DNA of 64,000 bases from Candidatus Eiseniibacteriota bacterium (GTDB lineage: Bacteria; Eisenbacteria; RBG-16-71-46; CAVPCR01). Where the stretch lies: assembly GCA_963823555.1 (NCBI GenBank), contig CAWGMA010000004.1, positions 640,001-704,000 on the forward strand. Reading direction: 5' to 3'. This document shows, piece by piece, positions 32,411 to 42,267 of this stretch (its first letter is position 1; each line of letters starts with the position of its first letter). A program made the translations under genes and the position numbers. The notes under the pieces were generated by a model. It did no database searches, had not been told where the DNA came from, and saw nothing but the letters and a program-made list of their open reading frames with translations.

Positions 32411-34162
32411 ATGCTGGCGCGTAATCCTTCCCAGCCCTTGCTGGGCATTGCTGTCCCTGCCTTCAGTCTGAGCCTCACCTTCATCCTCTTGAGCGCGCAT
32501 CCCACCATCGCCCAGTGGCAGCGCGACGGCGTTCCCGTCTGCAACGAAACCGGGGATCAGACTGATCCCTTCCTCGTTCGCTACGGCGGTGGCGCCTTCG
32601 TGATCTGGGAGGATGAGCGGACCACGCCCTCCCGCATCTTCGCCCAGCGACTGAACGGTGCCGGCGATCCGATTTGGTTGGCGGGTGGGATCCAGGTCGC
32701 AACCAAGCCCGGGCGGCAGCAGAAACCGGTGGCTGTCGGCGATGCCGTGGGCGGTGTGATCATCACCTGGATCCAGGACGTCAATGGCCAGGACGATGTC
32801 TTCGCACAGCGCCTCGACGGCAACGGAGTGCGGTTGTGGGCGGCCGATGGGATCGCGGTGTGCACGGCATCGGGCGCGCAGACCGGGCTCGCCATCATCT
32901 CCGATGGCCGGCAGCCGCTCGTGGAGCCCCCCGGCGCCATCATCGCCTGGACGGACGGCCGCGCCGGTTTGAACACGGACATCTACGCCCAGGCGATCAG
33001 CTCGGCAGGTGTCCTGCGCTGGCAGGCGAATGGAGTCGGAGTCTGCGTCCTCAACGGGATCCAGGAGGATGTCGCCATGGTGACCGATGGCACCGGGCTG
33101 GTCAGCAATCCGCGCGGGGCTATCCTCGCCTGGCGGGACGAGCGGTCCGGAGACGGCGACATCTATAGCCAGCGCCTGAACGCCGGTGGCGTGCCGCAAT
33201 GGATCACGAACGGCGTCGCCGTCGCCACCGGTCAAGTCGAACAGCGCGATCCGCAGATGCTCTTTGTCGGATCAACAAGCGCTGTCATCGTCTGGGAGGA
33301 CGGTCGCGGTGCGGATCGCAGCTACACCATCTACGCCCAGAAGGTCGCGAACAACGCGGTGAGCTGGACCCAGGACGGCGTGCTGGTCTGCAGCAGCGGC
33401 GGCGGTCAGACCAGACCAGCCGTTGTCTCCGACGGTGCCGGCGGTACGCTCGTCGCGTGGCGGGATGCGTGGGACTTCTTCAACCCGGTTGTTGCCATGC
33501 AGCGTCTCGATCCCGGCGGCGCGCGGCTCTGGGCCCCCGATGGCGTACCGGTGAGCATCGTGCAGCGCGGCGGCCGTCCGGCGCTCGTCAGTGCCGGCTC
33601 GGGGTCGGCGGTTGCCGCCTGGCCGGACTTCCGCGCCGACAACTTCGGGGATGTCTTCACCCAGAAGGTGGACGTGAACGGGGTCGCCCAGTGGCAGGCC
33701 GATGGCGTGCCGTCGTGCCTCGCGGCGGGTACGCAGAGCGAGATCGTCGCCGCTCCCGACTCGACGGGTGGCGCCATTATCGCCTGGACCGACTACCGCA
33801 GCGGCTCGGCCGATATCTATGTGAATCGGGTGAGCGGTGACGGCGCTGTCGTCGCCATCGCCGGGCAGGCGCCGCCGAGTCCGTCTTTCTCGCTCTCCGC
33901 GCCGCTGCCGAACCCGAGCGCCGGCGCTTTCGCCTTCGAGCTCGATCTTCCCGAGGCGCGGGCGGTCACGGCGCGCGTCTTCGACGTGCAGGGACGCCTG
34001 GCCGCGACACTGGCGCACGAGCAGCCGTTTCGGTCAGGGCGCAGCGTGCTCCACTGGGAAGGTCGCAATGCGCTTCAGCAGCGCGTCCCGGCCGGCGTCT
34101 ACCTCGTGCGTATCGATGCGGGGCAAGATACGGCGACGCGGCGTCTGGTGATCCTGAAGTAG
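32411..34162 (+). CDS. Secreted repeat protein (about 8 WxxDGVxV(C) units, probable beta-propeller) with FlgD-Ig tail
   Basis: ATG at 32411 followed by a signal peptide; repeated AWxDxR...DI(Y/F)xQ(R/K)...G...WxxDGVxV; tail PNPS...VFDVQGRL...WEGRN...GVYL. Confidence 0.8.
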   Translation: MLARNPSQPLLGIAVPAFSLSLTFILLSAHPTIAQWQRDGVPVCNETGDQTDPFLVRYGGGAFVIWEDERTTPSRIFAQRLNGAGDPIWLAGGIQVATKPGRQQKPVAVGDAVGGVIITWIQDVNGQDDVFAQRLDGNGVRLWAADGIAVCTASGAQTGLAIISDGRQPLVEPPGAIIAWTDGRAGLNTDIYAQAISSAGVLRWQANGVGVCVLNGIQEDVAMVTDGTGLVSNPRGAILAWRDERSGDGDIYSQRLNAGGVPQWITNGVAVATGQVEQRDPQMLFVGSTSAVIVWEDGRGADRSYTIYAQKVANNAVSWTQDGVLVCSSGGGQTRPAVVSDGAGGTLVAWRDAWDFFNPVVAMQRLDPGGARLWAPDGVPVSIVQRGGRPALVSAGSGSAVAAWPDFRADNFGDVFTQKVDVNGVAQWQADGVPSCLAAGTQSEIVAAPDSTGGAIIAWTDYRSGSADIYVNRVSGDGAVVAIAGQAPPSPSFSLSAPLPNPSAGAFAFELDLPEARAVTARVFDVQGRLAATLAHEQPFRSGRSVLHWEGRNALQQRVPAGVYLVRIDAGQDTATRRLVILK

Positions 34163-34178
34163 CCTGTGAATGCGAGAG

Positions 34179-34211
34179 ACGAGGGCCGCCCGTGACGGGC
34201 GGCCCTCGTTT
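34179..34211. terminator. Hairpin between convergent genes, probable (bidirectional) terminator
   Basis: Perfect 14-bp stem ACGAGGGCCGCCCG-tga-CGGGCGGCCCTCGT, 16 bp after the stop at 34162. Confidence 0.7.
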
Positions 34212-34243
34212 GACGCGGAGAACGTTGTTGCTGCTTTCAGGTT

Positions 34244-34339
34244 CTACTCGAAGGCTGCCTTGATGCGGCCCCACTGTCGATCAGCGTCCAGATCGCTGGT
34301 GATCTGGATGGAAAAGCCACTGGTTGACCGGGCGGCCAT
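34244..34339 (-). other. 31-codon mini-ORF or gene remnant ending in a WGxIK-type tail (MAARSTSGFSIQITSDLDADRQWGRIKAAFE*)
   Basis: Translated by hand; below the ORF-track cutoff. The C-terminus parallels SWGQIKSLF* at 48588. Confidence 0.35.
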
Positions 34340-34489
34340 CGAGCGCGGAGTCGATCAGGGGCGCGAGGTGGGTCAGTTCGTCAACGCCCTTGCTTTCCGG
34401 GTGCCGCAGTCCGTCGCATCCACCGGAGAGGGGTCCCACAACATCGCTCATGACGTCGCAGGATCGCTGGCCGGCCGTCGGCCACTGCC

Positions 34490-36271
34490 TCAGCGGACGA
34501 GATGGACCTTCTCCGTCGTCTCGAGATGACCCGCCTCGAGATGGAAGAAATAGGTGCCGCTCGGGATCTCCGCGCCCCGGTCGTCACGGCCGTCGAAACG
34601 CAAGCGGTGGTTCCCGCCCTCGACCATGCCGTCCACCAGCGTCCTCACGCGGCGGCCCTGAACATCGAGCACCCATAGCACCACCCGGCCGCGCCCCGGC
34701 ACCGAGTAGTCCACGACCCCGGCTGGATGGAACGGATTCGGCTGCACGGCGAGCGCGAGGCCCAGGCGCGGCGCTTCGTTGCGGATCCCCTGCGCGGCGA
34801 GCACTCGGCTCACGGCGGCGTAGGCATCGATGAATCCCCAGCCGTGGTCGTTGTCATCGCCGGGTGTGCCCTCGTCACGCGCCGTCTCCAGGAGGATCTG
34901 CTTCGCGGTCGTGACATCGAGATCCGGATCGGCCTCGCGCATGAGAGCGAAGATGCCGGCGACGTGCGGCACCGCCATGGCCGTCCCGCTCCAGTAGGCG
35001 TAGGAGCCGTTGTTCGTCGATGAGAGCACGTTGACGCCCGGTGCCACGACTTCGGGCTTCTTGGTCACGCCATCACATCCCGAGGGTCCCCGGCTCGAGA
35101 AGATGGCGATCGGGTAAGGGAACACCTCGCCTTCCTGGGCGCTCGCGGCCCCGATCGCGAAGGCGTTGGTCGGAGTCGTGATGCGATCGGCGGGGGAGCC
35201 GATCGTGCGTGCTCCGGGCCCGTCGCCTCCGGCCGAGAAGACCACCGCGCAGCCCGCCGCCTCGCAGGCGTCGATGATCGCCCACCACCGGGCATCGCAG
35301 TCCGGATAGCCGAGGAGCTCGTTCACGCGCCACGCGTTCATCACGACGTCCGGAACATCATCGATCGTCTGGGGATTCTCGTCCGGGTCGGAGACCCATT
35401 GAAAGGCGGCGATCACATCGCTGTCGAACTCGTGGCTCACAGGCTGGTCGATCGCGTTGCAGGCGATCCACTGGGCGCCCCAGGCGACACCGATCGTATC
35501 CAGGCCGGCGTCTGCCAGACCAACCGCCGTCCCCATCGTATGCGTGCCGTGGCTGTTCAGGTCGACCGGAAACTGCGTGTTGCCGCCCAGGACATCCTTC
35601 CAGGCCCATTGCCATGGCATCCCGGGCTCCGCGCCGCGCCAGCGCGAGGCGAGAGCAGGGTGGGATCCCATGACGCCGGTGTCGAGGCCACACACGAGCC
35701 GCCCCGCCCCGGTGATCCCCAGCTCGTACCAGACCCGGTGCGCGTTGATGGCGCGAACCCCGGGAGTGCTGCCGATGAAGGCCGCCTCCGATCCTGGCGT
35801 CTTGCTGTAGGGCTCCGTGGGCGACACGCTCAAGCTGGTGGTGATGATGCGGACATCGGATCTTGTCGCTACCTGGCGCACGGCGGCGACGCTCATCCGT
35901 GCCGCCACCAGGTTGGCGATCCAGTACGGCTTGCAGGCGGTCACCGCGCCCTGGGCGCGAAGCGACGCGAGGCGGGCGAGGAGGGGGCCCTGCGTGTCCG
36001 CGGCCATGTCCTTGAGCGCCGTGATCACCCGCTCATGGCGGATGGCCCGGGTGGCGTGCTCGGTGCGGAGCTCCTGGTCGAGGACGCGGATCGGCACCTG
36101 GTCGACGAGGAAGATGAGCACCGAGACCTGGTCGGTAGCAGGGAGAGCTGCCAGCTCGTGTTCCAGAGCGGGGTCGATCACTCCGGCGCCGGCGGCGGTG
36201 ACGAGAAGCGGGAGAGCGAGCGTGGTGCCGAGAAGGCGGCGGATGAGGTCCAGGCTCGGAGATCGCGCCAT
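34490..36271 (-). CDS. S8 subtilase-family protein with propeptide and FlgD-Ig tail; catalytic Ser replaced by Ala
   Basis: GLDTG (Asp), SHGTHTMGT (His), FSSRGP and KPEVVAPGV are present, but SGTAMA replaces SGTSMA and SAGG replaces SAGN. Confidence 0.85.
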   Translation of the reverse strand: MARSPSLDLIRRLLGTTLALPLLVTAAGAGVIDPALEHELAALPATDQVSVLIFLVDQVPIRVLDQELRTEHATRAIRHERVITALKDMAADTQGPLLARLASLRAQGAVTACKPYWIANLVAARMSVAAVRQVATRSDVRIITTSLSVSPTEPYSKTPGSEAAFIGSTPGVRAINAHRVWYELGITGAGRLVCGLDTGVMGSHPALASRWRGAEPGMPWQWAWKDVLGGNTQFPVDLNSHGTHTMGTAVGLADAGLDTIGVAWGAQWIACNAIDQPVSHEFDSDVIAAFQWVSDPDENPQTIDDVPDVVMNAWRVNELLGYPDCDARWWAIIDACEAAGCAVVFSAGGDGPGARTIGSPADRITTPTNAFAIGAASAQEGEVFPYPIAIFSSRGPSGCDGVTKKPEVVAPGVNVLSSTNNGSYAYWSGTAMAVPHVAGIFALMREADPDLDVTTAKQILLETARDEGTPGDDNDHGWGFIDAYAAVSRVLAAQGIRNEAPRLGLALAVQPNPFHPAGVVDYSVPGRGRVVLWVLDVQGRRVRTLVDGMVEGGNHRLRFDGRDDRGAEIPSGTYFFHLEAGHLETTEKVHLVR

Positions 36272-36728
36272 GGCTACCTCGGGCGGGTGGAGTCCGATGA
36301 CACTCGATCGCGAACGTTACCTGCCGATTCTACCGCGGCGGGTCGCCGATCGCCATGCCGGGGGCACGCGGGCTCGCCGGGACCGGCTGCCCCCGGGTCC
36401 TCCTGATCCCATCCATCCATGGGCCCATCCACGTGCTCAGGCAACGAGGTCGACTGTGCCCCGGTGGCCTTGCCCGTCTCCCTCGCATGCTGTTCGGCTT
36501 CTTCTCCCTGTATGGATCGGCCTCCCGATCCTACCCGTCGGTTCCAGCGCGCCGGAGCCTCGCATGGTCCCCGTCCGGTAGTGGGGTCAGGCGGAGGCGC
36601 TGCGCGGTGAGCTGCAGAGTGGCATCTCCGCCCCGGCTCTTGTAATCTCCGCGACACCGATGGTGGCGTCTTCCATCTCCCTGAGGCGCCGGCCCGATTC
36701 AATCCACCCTCACCCAGGGGGTCCCGGA

Positions 36729-38519
36729 ATGATCGAATTCGCTCGGCCCGGAACGCCGGCCGACGGCGGCAAGCTCATCGTGATCACGGCGCCCTTGACC
36801 GAGATCGTCGACCATGCGGGCTACTTCATGCAGATGGCGATGGCGTCCTTGCCGATCTGGATGGAGCGTGTCCTCGACAGCAAGTACCCGCAGTGGCGGG
36901 AGGTGGAACGGGAGAGCGACGGGTCGGCGCGCTACATGCCCGCCGGCGCCCGGCTGATCGAGAAGTCGCTGCTCCGCGTCCATGATCGCGATGACATCGT
37001 CGTCTGCTTCCCCGAGGACTTGCCCAGGTTCATCGGCCCTCGAACCCGGGTCGTCGCCGTCAGCACCCACAACCCGCTCGGCGTGACCTTCGCCGCGGGT
37101 GTCTACACCTCGATCTTCGGCTCTTCGCGCTTGCCCATCAACTCCCACTACGCGCGCGAGATGTTCGCCACCATCAAGGCGAATCCTCATCGCAAGAACT
37201 TCAAGGTGATCGTGGGCGGCTCGGGCGCCTGGCAGATCATCCAGACCGAGACCTATGACGAGCTGGGAGTGGATTGCGTGGTCGAGGGCCGGAGCGAATC
37301 GGCCGATACGCTCGCGCTCTTCGCGCGCGCCATCCGCGGCGAGGACTTGCCCCAGCGCATCGAGGTCGAGCACCCCGTCGACCGCGACGCCATCCTCTTC
37401 CCGGACTCCCGGACCACCTTCGGCGTGGTGGAGCTGACCACGGGCTGCGGGCGCCGCTGCAACTTCTGCGCGCCCGACCTGAACCCGCAGATCGATCTCC
37501 CCAAGGACAAGATCATGGACGCCGTCCGGGCCAATGTTCGGGACGGCAACAAGCAGATCTCGCTGGCCACCGAGGACATGTTCATCTGGGGCCAGGTCGA
37601 CACCGGGACGCCGTTCTTCTTTCCCAACCGTGAGGCCCTGCTCGATCTCTACGCCGACGTCGTCAACACGCCCGGGGTCGAACAGCACCTCCTGAGCCAC
37701 TGCACGATCGCGCCCGCCGTGGTGGATCCCCTCTTGATCCAGAAGCTATCGGAGCTCCTGTTGCCCAAGAGCCCGATCCATCTGCCGCTCCTCAGCACAC
37801 ACCCGAAGAAGAAGATCCTCTCGCCGTTGATCGGCCTCGAGACCGGCTCGGTGCGGATGGCCAGGAAGATCATGCCGAGCAAGGCCGTCCCCTTCTCGAT
37901 CGATGACTGGCCGAGCGTGGTGCTCGAGGGCTTGCGGGTCATGAACGCCAACAACTGGTTCCCGGCGATGACCCTGATGGTCGGGAATCCCGGGGAGACC
38001 GATGACGACGTGAGCGCCACCCTCGACCTGGTGTACGAGATCGAGCGGCGGCGGCTCTTCGCGTTCCTCATCCCCTCGATCTTCACCCCGCTCCAGGATA
38101 CGCGGATGGAGCAGAAGCGCGGCGTCGACGAGAACCAGAAGCTGACCCCGCTCCAGTGGCAGCTGATGATGAAGTGCTGGAAGATGAACCTGCGACCGGG
38201 CAACTACAGCTGGTGGGGGCCGATCGCCTGGCGGGTCGGCGCGATCGTGATGTGGCTCTACCGGCTCCGTCGCTTGAACGGCCCCAATTTCACCTGGCCC
38301 CTGTTGATGTTCTCCGGCGCCATCTCCGAGCGGGATCTGGCGCGCATGGGCAAGATCTACATCGGCAAGCCCCTGCGCACCAAGAGCCGGAAGGAACTCG
38401 TGGCCACGATCCGTCCCGCGCATCGCCGGCACCTGCGCGTCGACAACGGCGATCTACCGGAGGAGACCGCACCTCTCTCCATGACGATCAAGGCAGCTAT
38501 CGCCCCCTCGGTGTCGTAG
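36729..38519 (+). CDS. Radical SAM protein with N-terminal B12-binding-like domain
   Basis: GCGRRCNFC (CxxxCxxC), upstream KVIVGGSGAWQ...VVEG, IGLETGS, GNPGETDDD. Confidence 0.85.
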   Translation: MIEFARPGTPADGGKLIVITAPLTEIVDHAGYFMQMAMASLPIWMERVLDSKYPQWREVERESDGSARYMPAGARLIEKSLLRVHDRDDIVVCFPEDLPRFIGPRTRVVAVSTHNPLGVTFAAGVYTSIFGSSRLPINSHYAREMFATIKANPHRKNFKVIVGGSGAWQIIQTETYDELGVDCVVEGRSESADTLALFARAIRGEDLPQRIEVEHPVDRDAILFPDSRTTFGVVELTTGCGRRCNFCAPDLNPQIDLPKDKIMDAVRANVRDGNKQISLATEDMFIWGQVDTGTPFFFPNREALLDLYADVVNTPGVEQHLLSHCTIAPAVVDPLLIQKLSELLLPKSPIHLPLLSTHPKKKILSPLIGLETGSVRMARKIMPSKAVPFSIDDWPSVVLEGLRVMNANNWFPAMTLMVGNPGETDDDVSATLDLVYEIERRRLFAFLIPSIFTPLQDTRMEQKRGVDENQKLTPLQWQLMMKCWKMNLRPGNYSWWGPIAWRVGAIVMWLYRLRRLNGPNFTWPLLMFSGAISERDLARMGKIYIGKPLRTKSRKELVATIRPAHRRHLRVDNGDLPEETAPLSMTIKAAIAPSVS

Positions 38520-38545
38520 GAGACGCGCAGGCTCCAGTGGGGATG

Positions 38546-39516
38546 CTAGCCTGAGCTGCCGGTCGCGCTCCCGTTCTCATCGAGCCAGCGGAGCAACTGG
38601 GAGATGCTCCCGAAGGCGAGCGCGATGCTCGTGTCCGCAGCGCCGTAGTAGAGGTTGATCGTGTCGCCGTCGGCGCCGAGCGTGTAGCCGCAGGGGAACG
38701 CGACGTTGCTCACGTCGCCGTGGCGCTCGTAGGACGCCTCGGGTCCGAAGATCCACGAATCGCCGCGCGAGATGCAGTGATCCGGCTTCTCCAGATCGAA
38801 GAGGGCAACACCGAGGCGGTATAGAGATCCAGCCGCCGTCTGTCGAACGCCGTGGTAGAGCATCAGCCAGCCTCGTGGCGTCTCGATGAGCGGCGGCGAC
38901 AGCCCGACCTTGTTGGCGTCCCACCAGCCACCCCGGCGGGCCTGCAGGACCAGCTTGTGCCTTCCCCAGTTGCGGAGATCCGGCGAGTAGGAGATCCAGA
39001 TGTGCGCCCCGGAGTCCGTCGTCGGGCGGTGCATGAGCGCGAAGTTGCCGTCGATGCGCCGCGGCAGCAGCGCGGCGTCCTTGTCGTCGGGCTGCATGAC
39101 GAGGCCAAAGCGCTCGAAGTGCCGGAAGTCCGTCGGTCAGCGCGAGCGCCACACCCGGCCCGCCCTTGCTGAAGGCGGTGTAGGCGATGGCGTACTTGCC
39201 GAGTTCGTCGACGAACGTGATCCGCGGGTCCTCGATCCCCCACAGCTCCTCCGGATAGTTCTCGGGGTCGGGGCGCAGCGTCGGCTCGGCGTCGATGACC
39301 CATCCGTCGATGCCGTTGGCCGATCGCGCCGCACACAGGTGCGAGAGGCCCGAGCGGTCCTCCACCCGGCACAGCAAGCAGCGTCGTGCCGTCGTCGAGC
39401 TGAGTGGCGCCCGCGTTGAACACGGTGTGGGCCGGATAGGGCCAGTCGGCTGCGGTCAGGATCGGGTTCTTCTCGTGCCGGAGGAAGAACGTCTCGTACT
39501 TGTGCCCTGGCATCAT
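38546..39516 (-). CDS. GH130-family glycosidase/phosphorylase (2 apparent frameshifts)
   Basis: NPILT...VFNAGA, RVEDRSGLSH, GIEDPRIT, DDKDAALLP, HRP, GWLMLYHGV, VAFPCG and YYGAADT are spread across three frames. Confidence 0.85.
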
Positions 39517-41813
39517 CGCACGACCTCCATGGAAACCGCCTTGCGGATGACGTCGGCACGCTCGATCGAACGCATGTCCACGAGAGCGAGCAGGAAGGAG
39601 AGGGTCGACTCCGCGCCCTGGTTCTCGTTGATGCGATCGGCGTGGAGCCCGTCACGACAGCCGCCCGTCGAGGCGTCGTAGAGCGCATGCTGCAACTGGT
39701 TCTGGCCCAGGAACCAGTCGAAAGCGCGGCGAGCGTTCTCGGCCCATGGACCTCCTCCGGTCACGTCGGTGCGCCTCGAGACACGCCGAGACCATCGCGC
39801 AGGCCTCGACGGGCTGCTGGTCGAACGACGCCCGCGGCGCTCCTCGCTCGTAGAAGCCGTTGGAGCCGATCGGGGCGAAGTACCCGTCTGCGGAGCGCTG
39901 GATCGAGACCAGCCATTCGAGGGACCGCAGTCCCGCGCCGGTCATCTCCTCGTGCTCCATCCAGGACCCGGAAACGACGAGGGCCTGTGACAGTCGCGCG
40001 TTGCAGTAGGTGACGCGTTCTTCGAACCACGGCCAGTCGGGGGCGCTCGTGCGCCGGTACAGGTCGAGGAGCCGCTCCGCGAGCTCCTTGCCCATCGACT
40101 GCACGTTGCTGTCCCCCTGGAACGCTCGCAGGTACTCGTCGATGCCGAGGAGCGCGAACGCCCACGCCCGCGGACTGGTGAAGCCGGACACGGCGGGCAG
40201 GGCGGCGTGGAAGAGGTCGCCCCCGAGACTTCGCGTCCCCGGATCGCTGGCGCGGCCGACGACGGTCCCGAGCGCCCAGAGCGCGCGCCCGTGGCTGTCC
40301 TCCGAGCCGCACGCCTCGATCCACTGCCGGGAGTAGGACATGAAGTTTCTGAATCGTCCGGTGTTCTCGTCGAACGCATGGCTCACGAAGGCCAGGTAGC
40401 GCGAGGCGAGCGCGCGCACGGTCCGGGCGTCCTCGGTGCCCGCGTCCTCGAGGAGCGCCGTCAGGAGCAGCGCCCGCGCGTTGTCGTCGAGACAGTAGCC
40501 GTCGTCGTAGCGTGGGACGCTGAACATCGCGTGCTGGAGCATGCCGGTATCGTCGGTCATGAGGCGGAGGTGCTCGAGGTTGATCTCGGGCAGCTCGGCG
40601 GGGCGCTTGGCGAGCGTCCGCGCCTGGAACGAGGTCCGCCGCCGCTTGGCGTGCTCGATGCGCGCCCGCTCGAAACTCTCCGCGTAGCGGCGCGCGACCG
40701 CCGGCCAGCGCATGTCGCGACCGTGGGCGGCGCCGCGCTCCTGCAAGGCGAGCCTCCTGGCGTCATCGCCGAGCAGCCCGATGACCTCGCGGGCGATCGC
40801 CGCGGCGTCCCCCCAGGGGACGAGGATCCCGCGCCCGTCGGCGAGGAGCTCACGCGCGTAGAGGTAGGGGGTGGAGATCACGGCCTTCCCGGAGCCGAGC
40901 GCGTAGGCCAGCGTTCCCGACGTGATCTGCTCCGGCTTGAGGTACGGCGTGATGTAGATGTCCGCCGCGGAGAGGAACTCGTGAGCTCGTCCTGGCTCAC
41001 GAAGCGGTTGTGGAAGATCATGCTGGAATCCACGCCGAGCTTCCGCGCGCGGTTCTCGAGCATGATCCGGTAGGTTTCGCCGTGCCGCTCCTTGACGTGC
41101 GGATGCGTGGCGCCGAGCACGATGTAGACCGTGTCGGGGTAGCGCTCGAGGATCGCCGGCAGCGCGTCGATGACGTGCTCGATCCCCTTGTCCGGCGAGA
41201 GCAGCCCGAACGTGAGGATCACCGATTTGCCCTCGACGCCGAGCCGGTTCTTGCTGTCGCCGGCGAGCGGGCACGTCGGGATGCCGTGCGGGATGAGGTC
41301 GATCTTGTGGTCCGGCACGCCGTGCACCTCGCGGAGCAGCTCGGCGCCGTGCGCGCTCATGACGACGAGGCGTTCCGAGAGTCGCGATCAGCTCGTCCAT
41401 GGCGTGGCGCTGCTAGAGGATCGGGTGCGGCGAGGATCGTGTGGAGCGTCGTCACGATCGGCATGCGCAGCTCGCGCAGCAGCGCGAGCACGTGGCTGCC
41501 GGCCTTGCCGCCGAAGATCCCGTACTCGTGCTGCACGGACACGAGTCGACCATGTTCACGTTCAGGAAGTCGGCCGCGCGCCGGTACGACGCGATGTCGT
41601 TCTCCTCGATCTCGAAGCGAACCCGCGCGGGGTACGCGTGATGCCTGCCGGCGTCGTTCATCGCCAGCACGAAGCACTCGAGCGCCGGGAACTCGGTGCT
41701 CGATCGCCTCGCTCAGATCGCGTCGTGAAGGTCGCGATCCCGCACTGGCGCGGCAGGTGATTGCCGAGCATGGCGATTCTGCGGATGGCCCCGCCGGCGG
41801 TCAGTGGATCCAT
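39513..41813 (-). CDS. GT4 glycosyltransferase with large C-terminal helical domain (several apparent frameshifts)
   Basis: PRQCGIATF, QHEYGIFGG, TFGLLSPDKGIE, QITSGTLAYA, STPY. The C-domain has GYCLDDNARAL, EDSHGRALWALG, FDQQPVEA, NENQGAES. Confidence 0.85.
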
Positions 41814-42185
41814 GTTCGCTCCGATCGAGCGCCATCGTGGTAGAGGGCGTGCGTGCCGTCGGCGCGAGGCTCTCGATCTCGTGTCTGCGCCGAGTCAAGA
41901 TGGGATCGAGTGCTTCCTCGGCCCATTGGCGATTCCATCTTGGGGATGGGACAATTCGCGGACTGATGACCTGCCCCCAGTGTGTGGTCTCGTGAGCAGG
42001 ACTATACACGTTCCCGTAGCTTGCCGGGAGGGAATCAACTTCGGCGAGCATCCACGGTGGGGAAGTGCGAGGGTGATACCGTTCGCGGCGTCAGACGTCT
42101 GGAGCGCCCACCTGCCGGCTGTGCGATCGGCAGGCCGGTAGTGCCGAGGGAGTGAATGCGTCATATGTCCCCGTGCGTGTGAGTG

Positions 42186-42194
42186 TGATAGAAT
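42186..42194 (+). promoter_or_regulatory. Possible extended -10 promoter element
   Basis: TGnTAGAAT about 75 bp upstream of the ATG at 42268. Confidence 0.3.
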
Positions 42195-42267
42195 GGCATC
42201 AAAGCAACCGGCGCAAGCAAAAGGCCCCGCCGGACCTCATGAGCCAGCCCCCTGCACGGAATTTCCA

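Noticed and set aside
36274..36702. 142-aa ORF between the subtilase and radical SAM genes
   Set aside because: No motif, low-complexity composition, and it lies in a divergent promoter region; unsupported.
41963..42005. Hammerhead ribozyme (CTGATGA followed by a CCTGC...GCAGG stem)
   Set aside because: The required GAAA after stem II is absent and no stems I/III were found.
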